Positions 19,721 to 28,812 of a stretch of DNA of 64,000 nucleotides are shown piece by piece (within the stretch, counting starts at the first letter, position 1; each line of letters starts with the position of its first letter). The notes under the pieces are model-generated. The model ran no database searches, was not told where the DNA came from, and saw nothing but the letters and a program-made list of their open reading frames with translations. This DNA is from Thermodesulfobacteriota bacterium. GTDB lineage: Bacteria; Desulfobacterota; BSN033; UBA1163. The position numbers and the translations under genes were made by a program. The stretch is taken from NCBI GenBank assembly GCA_035625415.1, contig DASPPQ010000070.1, positions 6,052 to 70,051 of the forward strand. Reading direction: 5' to 3'.

Positions 19721-20404
19721 TTATTTCTCTTTTGGGGGATCTCCGGTCTCGGTCGATAAAAGGTAAGCTAAGTTGTCTAAGATCGTGGTGAAAAAGACAT
19801 CCTTCACTACAAAACCAGTTGGGACGGCAACTTGTGCCGGCGCGAAGTTAAGAATTCCTCTCACCCCTGCCTCCGCCAAAAGATTGGCTACCCCCTGAGC
19901 CTCTGAAGGAGGGGTTGTGATGACCCCGATCTCAATCTTCCTTTCCTTTACCACCTCTTTGAGCCGGTTGATGTGAAAGATCTCGGCTGGCTTGCCCAAC
20001 TTTTCCGAGACTCTTCCAATCACCCGAGGGGGGTCGATATCGAAGGCCGCAACAATCTTATAATTCTTCTTTAGAAAATCCTTATAAGATAGGAGGGCAG
20101 CGCCCAAATTTCCGATGCCGATCAGCGCCATCTTCCACTCTTTATTCGATCCCAATATCTTCTTAATATTATTGAGCAAATCCTCCACATAATAACCCAC
20201 ACCCCGAATCCCAAATTCACCGAAGTAGGCCAGGTCCTTTCTTACCTGTGCAGCATTCACAACGCATTTCTTGGCCAGTTGAGCAGAAGAAACAACCTTC
20301 TCTCCCCTTTCGTCCATCTCTTCCAAACACCGGGAGTACCTTGATAATCTCCTGATGGTGGCCTCGGGAATTTTCTTGTACTTCAGTTTTGTGACCCCTT
20401 TCAC
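19721..20404 (-). CDS. rex: redox-sensing transcriptional repressor Rex
   Basis: IPEATIRRLSRYSRCLE winged-helix region and Rossmann motif ALIGIGNLGAALL. The start is uncertain: the in-frame GTG at 20404 is preferred over the ORF-track TTG at 20446, because that TTG is part of a TTGACA -35-like hexamer and the operator lies between the two. Confidence 0.8.
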   Translation of the reverse strand: MKGVTKLKYKKIPEATIRRLSRYSRCLEEMDERGEKVVSSAQLAKKCVVNAAQVRKDLAYFGEFGIRGVGYYVEDLLNNIKKILGSNKEWKMALIGIGNLGAALLSYKDFLKKNYKIVAAFDIDPPRVIGRVSEKLGKPAEIFHINRLKEVVKERKIEIGVITTPPSEAQGVANLLAEAGVRGILNFAPAQVAVPTGFVVKDVFFTTILDNLAYLLSTETGDPPKEK

Positions 20405-20406
20405 AA
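20389..20406. promoter_or_regulatory. Rex operator TTGTGA-N6-TCACAA
   Basis: Plus strand reads ttgtga-cccctt-tcacaa, a perfect match to both half-sites of the Rex consensus TTGTGAA-N4-TTCACAA, located at the 5' end of rex. Confidence 0.65.
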
Positions 20407-20574
20407 ATTTTGAGAAAAAAATATTAAATTCTAATGCTTTTGTCAAGCATATCTTGAAGATGCTTTGCCCCTCGTTCTTACGCTCATGGTTTTCGACCGG
20501 CTCGACAGCGCGAAGGCTTCGGCACGAGATCAGGCCGTGAATTCAGACGAACACAACACCTTCGAGGGCTGCCT

Positions 20575-22758
20575 TCACATCCTTCCCTGTGCAATGTCTT
20601 GCTTCCTCCTGGCGATCTGTTCGATTGCCTCGTTCAGCCTGCGATTGGCAAATTCAAATAGCTCTTCCGCATACTCCAGATTGTGGGCTCCCTTTCCATT
20701 CTTGGCCAAATTGTAATTGAACTCCGCTTCTCCATACAACTTTCGATAGACAAAGGTGTGACCTCCCCGGCGATCAATCCGATCAATTTCTTCTTTGACC
20801 TGAGCCAATTTGGGGTCCAGCTCCCTCAGCATCTTCTCGGAGGTTGCCTTCCATCGGACAGCCATCTCCCCATAGCTCTGGTCATGACACTCGATGCAGC
20901 GTTTCTTGATCGCATCGAACGTCCCCTTCTTCTTGGCCAAGACATTCTGGTGACAATCAACACATTCTACCACACCCAGCTTGTTGCTCGGCCTCTCCTT
21001 GACACCGATGCCTCCCTTTCCCTGGATGAGTCTTTTTATGTTCACATGGCAATCTTCGCATTTGATTTTCTTAATCCCCCTCCCGTGGTGGCATCCAGCA
21101 CAAATTTTCATGAAGGTTTTGCCGTGATTTTCGCGCGGAGGGTGGCAATCCAGACACTTCTGCCCGTTACCTACCACGTGGGTCGCATGAGAAAATTTGA
21201 TATCGTTAAAAGGAACGGTCCGTCTCTCTATGCCAACATGACAGAGGCTTGTACAACTCATTCGGGTTTGAAATTCCTGTGGTTTGTAATCCTTATCGAT
21301 AATCGCCAACGCTTGTTCCGTCTTATTGCTCGCTGCGTTGAGGAGCTTGAAGGCATATTCGATATTGTGAACTCCCTTGCCCAGAAGGACGAAGCTATAA
21401 TTATGTCGGGCTTCGTTAAGAAGATTTTGAGCCCTTTTAAAAGGGGGGGTGCTTCCATGCGCCTTTTCAAACTCGTACAGTGCGTTCTGAACATTAAAAA
21501 CCCTCTGGTTCGTTTCATTCTCGGCTCTGGCAAGGAGGGCCTTCCATTGCTTCAGGGTTTCATCGAATCCCTCTCCATGGCAGTCGACACAGGCCTCACC
21601 GATGGCTCTTTCAACATAATTCGAGGTATGAAGTGCAGCCCGGCTTTCATCGCCCCTCCGATGGCAGGCGATACAGTCCACATTCGTCGTAAACATGAGG
21701 CTGGGAGAGTCCGGGACGCCAATCCCTCCGGTCCCGCGGTACAACTCTCTTGGACCGAGATGCATCTCCTTGCTATGGCATTTGTCACAGTTGGAGGGGG
21801 TATGAGTAATGGTGGGAATCTGTCCAATCTCATGGCGAAGAAAAGTATGGCAGCTTGAGCACTCGATCTTATGGTCGGTCACATGCTTCTGATGTATGAA
21901 TTGCGAGGTATACTTGGTCGTCAGTAAGACAGGCTCATTATGGCATTCGACACATTTTCCCTCCGGTACATGGCCGTCTCCCTGAACCACGCTGAGATGA
22001 CATTTCTCACAGGTTACCCCTCTCGCGATATACTTTCTGTGATTGAAGTTCCAACCTTTGACCTGAATATCCCCTTTCGGCTCGACATGGCAGGAAGTGC
22101 AGCCCCCGATGGCACACGAAATACACTCCTCCTCCCCTTTTGGACCCGCCTTATAGTAGTGACAGATGAAGCAGTTGATTTCGTGAACCGTGAGATGCAA
22201 CCCCTGAACGAGTTGGGCGTGGCAGCTTGCGCAGCGGAGGTTCATCCCCCTTCTCAGCTCGCCCAAATGTTTTCCGTGTGAGAAGGCCACATTCTTATAG
22301 ATCATATTCCCCTGGAGGTCATCGATCTTATGACATCCCTTTTGGAGGCAGCTCGTATCGCTAATCTGTGCGTGAGGCGTGCTCGGCCTCTTCCCCGACA
22401 AGAAGTAAGCCAGCGACACCTGGCCGTCCACCCATTTGCCCCTGAGATGGTTAAGAAATCCGGGCTCATAATGGCATTTCGTGCAGGCCACATGCCGATG
22501 ACTGGAGGTCCTCCACGAGTCCATATAGACATTCATCTGGTGACAGAGGCCGCAGAAGGTAGAGCTCTCCGTAAACTTGAGAAGACCTACGAGGATGACA
22601 AGAAAAACAAGGATACAAAAAACGAGGAATACCTTGATCGCCTTGAAATGAGCTTGAGTGCCTTTCTTCGCCTCATTGAAGAAATCGATCCAAAAGATCT
22701 TGACCAAGTCATAAAGATTTCTTATAGTTCCCATATGAACGCTCCCACCAAACCCCAA
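20575..22758 (-). CDS. membrane-anchored multihaem cytochrome c, 16 CxxCH, NapC/NirT-like N-terminal module
   Basis: One TM helix (VFLVFCILVFLVILVGLL), then FCGLCHQM...CTKCH. I counted 16 canonical CxxCH sites plus CLQKGCH and CTSLCH variants. Confidence 0.85.
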   Translation of the reverse strand: MGFGGSVHMGTIRNLYDLVKIFWIDFFNEAKKGTQAHFKAIKVFLVFCILVFLVILVGLLKFTESSTFCGLCHQMNVYMDSWRTSSHRHVACTKCHYEPGFLNHLRGKWVDGQVSLAYFLSGKRPSTPHAQISDTSCLQKGCHKIDDLQGNMIYKNVAFSHGKHLGELRRGMNLRCASCHAQLVQGLHLTVHEINCFICHYYKAGPKGEEECISCAIGGCTSCHVEPKGDIQVKGWNFNHRKYIARGVTCEKCHLSVVQGDGHVPEGKCVECHNEPVLLTTKYTSQFIHQKHVTDHKIECSSCHTFLRHEIGQIPTITHTPSNCDKCHSKEMHLGPRELYRGTGGIGVPDSPSLMFTTNVDCIACHRRGDESRAALHTSNYVERAIGEACVDCHGEGFDETLKQWKALLARAENETNQRVFNVQNALYEFEKAHGSTPPFKRAQNLLNEARHNYSFVLLGKGVHNIEYAFKLLNAASNKTEQALAIIDKDYKPQEFQTRMSCTSLCHVGIERRTVPFNDIKFSHATHVVGNGQKCLDCHPPRENHGKTFMKICAGCHHGRGIKKIKCEDCHVNIKRLIQGKGGIGVKERPSNKLGVVECVDCHQNVLAKKKGTFDAIKKRCIECHDQSYGEMAVRWKATSEKMLRELDPKLAQVKEEIDRIDRRGGHTFVYRKLYGEAEFNYNLAKNGKGAHNLEYAEELFEFANRRLNEAIEQIARRKQDIAQGRM

Positions 22759-22882
22759 TTCTACAATCTTTTAAAATTATTTCAAGTGAAACTTTACCCT
22801 GCTGAGGCTTTTATTTCAGGAAAAAGGAGCGGGGCCTAAAGGGGGGGGATGAGGAACCGCTTCTTTTTCCTCCTCTTCAAAA

Positions 22883-23545
22883 TTGGGAAGCCATTTAGTG
22901 AAAAGATTTCTTGGACTCAACCGAAGATGGGTCTTCTTGTCAATCTCCTCATTGTGTCTGATCCTCTTGCTCGGAAAGCTCGATTCTCTTTTTGCTCAAG
23001 TGGAAGAAAACCCCCTGGAAAAGAGGGAGCAAAAACTAAAGGATTTTCGCGAAAAGAGGGACCGGTTCTTTAAGGAAAACCCTCGATCCCCCTTAAAGGA
23101 GAAGGATCGGAAAGAATTTAATGGCCTTATTTACTACACGGTCGACCTTAAGTATGCGATGACCGGATTCATCGAAAAATACCCTACCGAACCTAAGCCT
23201 CTGTACGTCACGCTTCCCACAAACAAAGAAGCGGGCAGAAAATACGTGAAATACGGCCGATTCAAATTTAAATTGGATGGGAAAGGATACGTGCTCCAAA
23301 TTTACCGACCCTTAGCGAGCGACGAGCTTTTCCTTCCCTTCAAGGATAAGACTTCAGGGATAGAAACCTATGAGAAGGGACGCTATCTCTATATCGAGGC
23401 GATGCCCGGAGGAAGGGTGTTGATCGATTTCAATCGCGCCTACAATCCGTTCTGCCACTTTAATGAGAAATATACCTGCCCCTTTGCCCCGGAGGAGAAC
23501 CGGCTTGACATCGCCATTCGGGCGGGGGAAAAGCGCTTTCGATAA
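22883..23545 (+). CDS. DUF1684-like secreted protein
   Basis: Signal-like N-terminus. C-terminal YNPFCHFNEKYTCPFAPEENRLDIAIRAGEK matches my recollection of the DUF1684 signature. Start uncertain (TTG 22883 or GTG 22898). Confidence 0.5.
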   Translation: MGSHLVKRFLGLNRRWVFLSISSLCLILLLGKLDSLFAQVEENPLEKREQKLKDFREKRDRFFKENPRSPLKEKDRKEFNGLIYYTVDLKYAMTGFIEKYPTEPKPLYVTLPTNKEAGRKYVKYGRFKFKLDGKGYVLQIYRPLASDELFLPFKDKTSGIETYEKGRYLYIEAMPGGRVLIDFNRAYNPFCHFNEKYTCPFAPEENRLDIAIRAGEKRFR

Positions 23546-23674
23546 CGGGTTAAACGCGGAAAATGAATTCCCTGAGAAAAGGCGCGCGCTTTTGAAATCC
23601 GAAAGAATCATCCTTTTGGGAGTAACCAGCCTGGTTTTCAATTTATCTTTATCTTCTTTCTCTTTCTCTTCTCC

Positions 23675-23749
23675 AATAAAGAAAGGATTCAAGGGGTCCA
23701 GCGTTCAAGGGGTCAAGTCGAATGATGGAATCCTCGAACCCTTGAATCC
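23675..23749 (-). terminator. hairpin (ggattcaaggg...cccttgaatcc) followed by a U-rich tract on the minus strand
   Basis: 11-bp perfect outer stem at 23685-23695 / 23739-23749, starting 10 nt past the stop of the 9-haem gene. The minus strand continues TTTCTTTATT. Member of the 'gaatccttgaaccc' repeat family. Confidence 0.5.
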
Positions 23750-23759
23750 CAGAACCCTC

Positions 23760-25730
23760 TCAAACAAGAAATTCCCAAGCAATCAGGAAGACGCAGACAA
23801 GCCCGATGGCCAGCATGGCAAATCCCATGGTTGTTGAGAAGAGGTCTGTTCCCACGCTGGGGTATTTATCTCGATAGGTCTCCAATCTCTTCTCCGCCAG
23901 CAGGCGATGATACTGTTCCTGCCGCTCCTCCACCAGTTCGTATTTTGGGATTCTTCCTGTGAAGATCACCGTATCCATTGGAAACTTCGAAGGCCGAAAA
24001 TGGGTGTTAAAGAAATGGACTGTGAAGATGAAGCCCGAAGCCAGCAGCGCTTCATCCGAGTGAACGATCGTTGCGATATTGAGGATCCATCCAGGCAAAA
24101 AGATGGTGAAGAATTGTGGAAGCCAGAGCATCAATCCTGAGAGCCCGATAGCGAACATTCCCCAGAAGACAGCGAGAAAATCGAATTTTTCCCAATAAGT
24201 CCACCGGTCGAACTGGGGTTTCGGTCCTTTGTTAAAGAACCAACGGATCATCCCGATGATGTCTTGAATGTCTTTCCAACGAGGACAGAGTGAATCCGGG
24301 CCGAAAAGTCTCTGCAAGGGATTGGGATTCCCCGGCAGCTTCTTGAAGAAGAGGAAATAGACGATGTAGGCCATGGTCGTTCCAAAATAGGCAAACGTGA
24401 TGGCGGCACAAGTGCGATGAATCAAACCCGCGCTCCTGGCCCCTCCTAAGAAGTGCATCAGACCAATGGCCCAGGGGGCATGGGAAAATTTTAATGGAAG
24501 ACCGGTCAGGACGAGCCCGATAAAAGTCACCATCATCGTGAAATGGAGCACGATATCAAAAGACCTAAATCGGCGATAGATATGGCCTGCTTCAGCCGGT
24601 TTTACATGCTGCGGGAAGAAAACTCCCTTGGCCCTCAGTTCCCTCTTCTCCCAGAAGTCCTTTCGCCACCAAAGAAGGGTGTGAAACCAAAAGATTCCAA
24701 ACACGGAAACGAGGAGGCCGGTCATCAAAACGAATGTTCCGTAGAGCACGGGCTCCCTCTCCGGATCTTTATGGGTCGCATGGGCAATCCATTTCACGAA
24801 GTTGGCATTGGCCCTTGTGTGGCACTTGCCACAGGTCTCTACCAGCCGCTTTTCCGAGATGAGAGATTTTGGATTATCCGGAGGCAGAATGTTGTGAAAC
24901 CCATGGCAGTCCGCACAACCCGCCACCAATCTCGGGTAACCCAGATGCTCCACCTTTCCATGATAACTTTCGTAGTAGGTTTGAGTGGCAATCAGAAAAA
25001 CCTTGTTTCGCTCCATCATCTCCTTGTCTGCATGACATTTCTGACAGACCTCTGTATGGAACTCCTTCCGGAATTCCACCGTCTTGGGCTCGTCCCCTTT
25101 CAGTAAAGGAATTTTATGGAGGCCGTGGCAATCGCTGCAGGTGGCGGAATCTGGATTTCCGTCGAGGACCGCTTTGCCGTGGACGCTTTGAGAATAACCG
25201 TCATCCGAGTGGCAGGTCGTACATGTCTGGATCACCCGGACTTTATCTTCCTTCCACGGAGTCAACGCGTGGATGTCTTTATGGCAGTCTTTACACTGGA
25301 TGTCGTTAATAAAATGAGCGCTTGCATAATGCTCCGTCCCTTCCTTCTTATGACATCGATGGCAGGTAACCGGTTCTGCATGAATTCTTGCCCCTTTTGT
25401 TCTGGCATGGGCTTTGACGTCTGTGATGTCGTAGTGGCAACTGTTACACGAGTTGGCCCCATGAACGGATTGGGCAAACTTCCTTTCGCTGATCTTAGTG
25501 TGGCAACCCAAGCATTCAGAGTTATCAATACACTCATAGCAAAATTCCCGACCCTTGACGATGAACTTTTCCCCTTTTTTGGCGGGTTCGGAAGGTTTGG
25601 TCACCGCAGCGGGGTTAGCACCTCCTTTTTCTAGACCGGATGTCACTGCCCACAATGCGCCTGAGCCTAAAGAGAACCAAACAGAGATGCTGAGACAAAT
25701 GAGGATTGATCTTTTAAACTTCGCTTTCAT
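23760..25730 (-). CDS. fusion of a 9-haem periplasmic cytochrome c and an integral-membrane b-type-like domain (CbcL-like)
   Basis: Signal peptide from the ATG at 25730. 9 CxxCH in the first ~330 aa, then about 6 hydrophobic helices with conserved His residues ([42 protein letters not shown]). Confidence 0.8.
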   Translation of the reverse strand: MKAKFKRSILICLSISVWFSLGSGALWAVTSGLEKGGANPAAVTKPSEPAKKGEKFIVKGREFCYECIDNSECLGCHTKISERKFAQSVHGANSCNSCHYDITDVKAHARTKGARIHAEPVTCHRCHKKEGTEHYASAHFINDIQCKDCHKDIHALTPWKEDKVRVIQTCTTCHSDDGYSQSVHGKAVLDGNPDSATCSDCHGLHKIPLLKGDEPKTVEFRKEFHTEVCQKCHADKEMMERNKVFLIATQTYYESYHGKVEHLGYPRLVAGCADCHGFHNILPPDNPKSLISEKRLVETCGKCHTRANANFVKWIAHATHKDPEREPVLYGTFVLMTGLLVSVFGIFWFHTLLWWRKDFWEKRELRAKGVFFPQHVKPAEAGHIYRRFRSFDIVLHFTMMVTFIGLVLTGLPLKFSHAPWAIGLMHFLGGARSAGLIHRTCAAITFAYFGTTMAYIVYFLFFKKLPGNPNPLQRLFGPDSLCPRWKDIQDIIGMIRWFFNKGPKPQFDRWTYWEKFDFLAVFWGMFAIGLSGLMLWLPQFFTIFLPGWILNIATIVHSDEALLASGFIFTVHFFNTHFRPSKFPMDTVIFTGRIPKYELVEERQEQYHRLLAEKRLETYRDKYPSVGTDLFSTTMGFAMLAIGLVCVFLIAWEFLV

Positions 25731-25887
25731 AATTCCCCGAAAATTCAAAAAATGACTCCGCCCTCTTGAAATGAGAATGAGCGGTATTCCGTCAAAATTT
25801 AAAGAAAATTAAAATTTTGGGATTTTCATTGCGGGAAAAGTGTGATTTTTTTAACACAATCAAGAATTGAAGTCAATATGACCAAAT

Positions 25888-26715
25888 TTAATCGCTTTTG
25901 CAATCTTCGTTCAAGCCAACCAAGGTTGACCAGATCTTCCCTTGTAATCTCTGAACAATCTTCAGAGGCTTCTCTTTCAATCTCCCTTCAATCTCTTCCG
26001 CATCTTTTTCAAAAATCCCTGAGAGGATGATCCATCTTTTTTTCAAGAAAGCCTTTTTCTTTAACAGGGACTCGATGACTTGAAGATGGATGTTGGCGCA
26101 AACCAAATTTGCCTCCTCGTTCGCAAAATCCTCTGCTTTTCCCCTTCTCACCTCAATCCGTTGAGATTCCCCGTTGGACAATACATTTCGTAACGCCGTC
26201 TCTACGGCCAGTTCGTTGCAGTCGATGGCAAGCACCTTCTCGGCTCCCCACTTTGCAGCGCCCAGAGCGAGGATTCCTGAGCCCGTTCCAAGGTCGAGAA
26301 CTTTCTTTGGCTTCTCTTTTTGATAAATATCCCAAATCGCTTGAAGACACGTTCGCGTCGTCGGATGATAACCTGTTCCGAAAACCACGCAGGGATCTAA
26401 GCGAACCAAGACCTGGCCCTCTTCAACCTTTGCACGTTCCCAAGGGGGACAGATGACAAGGTTACCCACCTGAAAAGGTCTCAATTCTTCTCCGGCCTGC
26501 CAGGTCATGTAGTCCAGGGTGTTCTTTGCGAGGAGAGGGTATCCCTTCTTTTTGATCAATAACTCCACCTCCTCATCGTGGGGTTGAGAAAAGAAAAGGA
26601 AGGAGATTTCCCCTTCATTCCAACAGCCGATGAAGTCCTGCTTAAAAACATCCCTTGAATCCGAAATCGGTCCGGAAATTTCGTAGATGTGAAGGTTTTG
26701 GTAGGGAATCTTCAT
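25888..26715 (-). CDS. prmA: ribosomal protein L11 methyltransferase-like SAM-dependent methyltransferase
   Basis: DPCVVFGTGYHPTTRTCL and VLDLGTGSGILALGAAKWGAEKVLAIDCNELAV. The ATG at 26715 is preferred because the upstream part of the ORF is translated repeat DNA. Confidence 0.7.
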   Translation of the reverse strand: MKIPYQNLHIYEISGPISDSRDVFKQDFIGCWNEGEISFLFFSQPHDEEVELLIKKKGYPLLAKNTLDYMTWQAGEELRPFQVGNLVICPPWERAKVEEGQVLVRLDPCVVFGTGYHPTTRTCLQAIWDIYQKEKPKKVLDLGTGSGILALGAAKWGAEKVLAIDCNELAVETALRNVLSNGESQRIEVRRGKAEDFANEEANLVCANIHLQVIESLLKKKAFLKKRWIILSGIFEKDAEEIEGRLKEKPLKIVQRLQGKIWSTLVGLNEDCKSD

Positions 26716-26960
26716 TGATAACTTTAGGTTTAGGTCAAGGTTAAGGTCAAGAAATGCATCTTTTCTCAACCTTAGCCTCAGCCTCAACCTTATCAGGACA
26801 TTTGATCACATTTGACACTGTTCTTGTAACACAAAGCTTTCCCTCTTGACAATTTTGGAGGAAATATTAATTTATATTTTAGGTTCGGACACGGACCCTG
26901 CCTGCCTGCCGGCAGGCCCTAAACCTAGTGTCCTGCGTCAGAAGTCCCTTTACTTTGAAT

Positions 26961-27048
26961 GTCATTCCGGGCTTGACCAAGCTTGCCCCGTGCTTGACAC
27001 GGGGGAATCCAATGATTTCAGCTGGGTTCGTGCTTTTGCAGGAATGAC
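26961..27048. repeat. MITE/REP-like nested-palindrome element, copy 1 (GTCATTCC...GGAATGAC termini)
   Basis: gtcattccgggcttgacc...gggggaatccaa...gcaggaatgac. Confidence 0.7.
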
Positions 27049-27135
27049 AGCTTCTGAACTTATGTAAAGAAGTGTTGGACGCACTACACTGGCATAGTAC
27101 AGGGGAGGCGGGGACGCGGGACACAGGTTTTAATT

Positions 27136-27480
27136 ATGCCGACTTACGAATATAGGGCTATTGACCCGGAAAAGAGCTGCGATGATTGCAGACAGGGTTT
27201 TGAAGTCATCCAGAGGATGGCCGAATCTGCCTTAACCCTCTGCCCAAGATGCAAAAACCCTGTCTCCCGAGTTCTCTTCGCTCCTGCGGTGGTTATCAAG
27301 GGAAACCCGGCTACGGGAGCAGATCGAAAGATTAAGGAATACGAAAAGGAAGGGAAATGGAGTCACGCGGCTGAATTAGCAGATAAGGAAGCGGAGAAAA
27401 CGAAGCGAGAGGATTTGAAAACCCGCGCCTTAGAAAATTATAAGAAAGCGGGTTATAATTTCGATAAATATGATACCTAA
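27136..27480 (+). CDS. FmdB-family zinc-ribbon protein
   Basis: MPTYEYRA...CDDC...CPRCKNP, the CxxC-CxxC 'YEY' N-terminal signature. Confidence 0.75.
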   Translation: MPTYEYRAIDPEKSCDDCRQGFEVIQRMAESALTLCPRCKNPVSRVLFAPAVVIKGNPATGADRKIKEYEKEGKWSHAAELADKEAEKTKREDLKTRALENYKKAGYNFDKYDT

Positions 27481-27605
27481 CTCCTCAGAATCACACCTCC
27501 TTCCTAACCTTAACCGATCAATTGCTTGAAAAAGGCTACTTTATTTTAAGAGGGAACCTTAATTTAATTAGTAATACATTTTTTATATTTCAGCCAAAAA
27601 ATATA

Positions 27606-27634
27606 TTGACTAACATTTTATAAGATAGTATATA
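27606..27634 (+). promoter_or_regulatory. sigma70-type promoter TTGACT-17-TATATA upstream of vapB
   Basis: Read directly. About 35 nt upstream of the vapB ATG, which has an AAGGAGG RBS. Confidence 0.5.
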
Positions 27635-27668
27635 TATTATGTTGGTATAACAAAAAAAGGAGGTTCTC

Positions 27669-27899
27669 ATGGATAAGGCAGTGGTAACATTAAAAGGTCA
27701 GGTTGTTATTCCGTCTAAACTTCGGCGCAAGTTTGGCATTAAGAAGGGAACGCAAGTCTCCCTTTTCGAGAGAGATGGTGAAATCGTTATAAAACCAATA
27801 ACTGACGAATACATTCGGAGTATGGCTGGAATGGCCGGCACGAAGGGAAGGCTACTTAAAGCCTTAAAGGAAGAGGAGGCAAAGGAGCGCGAGCTATGA
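27669..27899 (+). CDS. vapB: AbrB/SpoVT-fold antitoxin (VapB-type)
   Basis: TLKGQVVIPSKLRRKFGIKKGTQV looped-hinge-helix motif. ATGA overlap with the downstream PIN gene. Confidence 0.8.
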   Translation: MDKAVVTLKGQVVIPSKLRRKFGIKKGTQVSLFERDGEIVIKPITDEYIRSMAGMAGTKGRLLKALKEEEAKEREL

Positions 27900-28300
27900 A
27901 GGCAGTCCCTAGGGTCCTAGACTCGTATAGCCTTATCGCTTACCTGGAGAAGGAGGAGGGAGCGGACAAAACGATTGAAGTTTTTAGGGTAGCAAGGGAT
28001 TCTGGAAAAGCCCTCCTTCTCTCTGTAGTGAATTGGGGAGAAGTCTATTATATTACTCTGAGAGAAGCGGGTCGGGAGCGGACGGAAGCCGTAGCTCATC
28101 TCATCTCAACCCTTCCCATCCAAATTATCCCTGCCGATTTGGAACTTACCAGGCAGGCAGCTGAGTTTAAGGCCACTAAAAGAATGTCTTATGGCAATTG
28201 CTTTGCTGCTGCCCTGGCGAAACTTCGAAAAGCTGAATTGGTCACAGGGGATGCCCAGTTTAGGCAGGTTGAAGGTGATGTAAAAATCCTTTGGATATAA
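27896..28300 (+). CDS. vapC: PIN-domain ribonuclease toxin (VapC-type)
   Basis: Acidic residues spaced as in PIN domains: VLDSYSLIAYL, NWGEVYY, VTGDAQF. 134 aa. Confidence 0.75.
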   Translation: MKAVPRVLDSYSLIAYLEKEEGADKTIEVFRVARDSGKALLLSVVNWGEVYYITLREAGRERTEAVAHLISTLPIQIIPADLELTRQAAEFKATKRMSYGNCFAAALAKLRKAELVTGDAQFRQVEGDVKILWI

Positions 28301-28340
28301 TAATAATGGCCCTCTTGTAGATTAGGTTTCAGAAATGCAC

Positions 28341-28707
28341 ATGAGTCGGCAAATTATAAACGGATATCACTGTGTCGATGCAAGAGAGCTCGATACCATT
28401 CACCGCAATGATTTTATCGATGCTACAATTACTTCCCCTCCTTACGGTTCGCAGAAAGATTACGGTTCCTGCAAGGCAAATAGGTCACAGGCAGTCGTAT
28501 GAGGAATATCTGTCTTCGCTTAAGGATATATTTAAACAGGTTTTTTGTTGCACCCGGAATTCCGGCTCATTGTGGATCGTCGCCAACACTTTTAAAAACA
28601 AATCAAAAATTAATGCCCCGGTGACATCGATGCATGAGTTCGTAGATGAAAAAACAAATTTATTCGCACCTAACCTTCTTAGGGTGTTAATAGGAAAATC
28701 TGCGTAG
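28341..28707 (+). pseudogene. frameshifted, truncated N4/N6 DNA methyltransferase remnant
   Basis: The frame from the ATG at 28341 gives MSRQIINGYHCVDARELDTI..FIDATITSPPYGSQKDYG and stops at 28502. The +1 frame (ORF 28372..28707) continues with a typical methylase segment, SYEEYLSSLKDIFKQVF..LRNSGSLWIV, then degenerates. Confidence 0.6.
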
Positions 28708-28812
28708 GAAATCTGCTGTATACTTTGTCGAGTCCATATTTAAATTTCATTATATCTTTTGGCGTATTCTAAGGGGCGGCCTAAACCCAGTGAAGGACGG
28801 ATTGTTAGTTTT

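Noticed and set aside
25839-25858. Rex/CRP-like site GTGTGA-tttttt-TAACAC about 95 nt upstream of the 9-haem/b-type fusion gene.
   Set aside because: It has three mismatches to the 12 specified positions of TTGTGA-N6-TCACAA, and it lies in an AT-rich region where such near-matches arise by chance. It is worth including in a genome-wide PWM scan but not callable from sequence alone.
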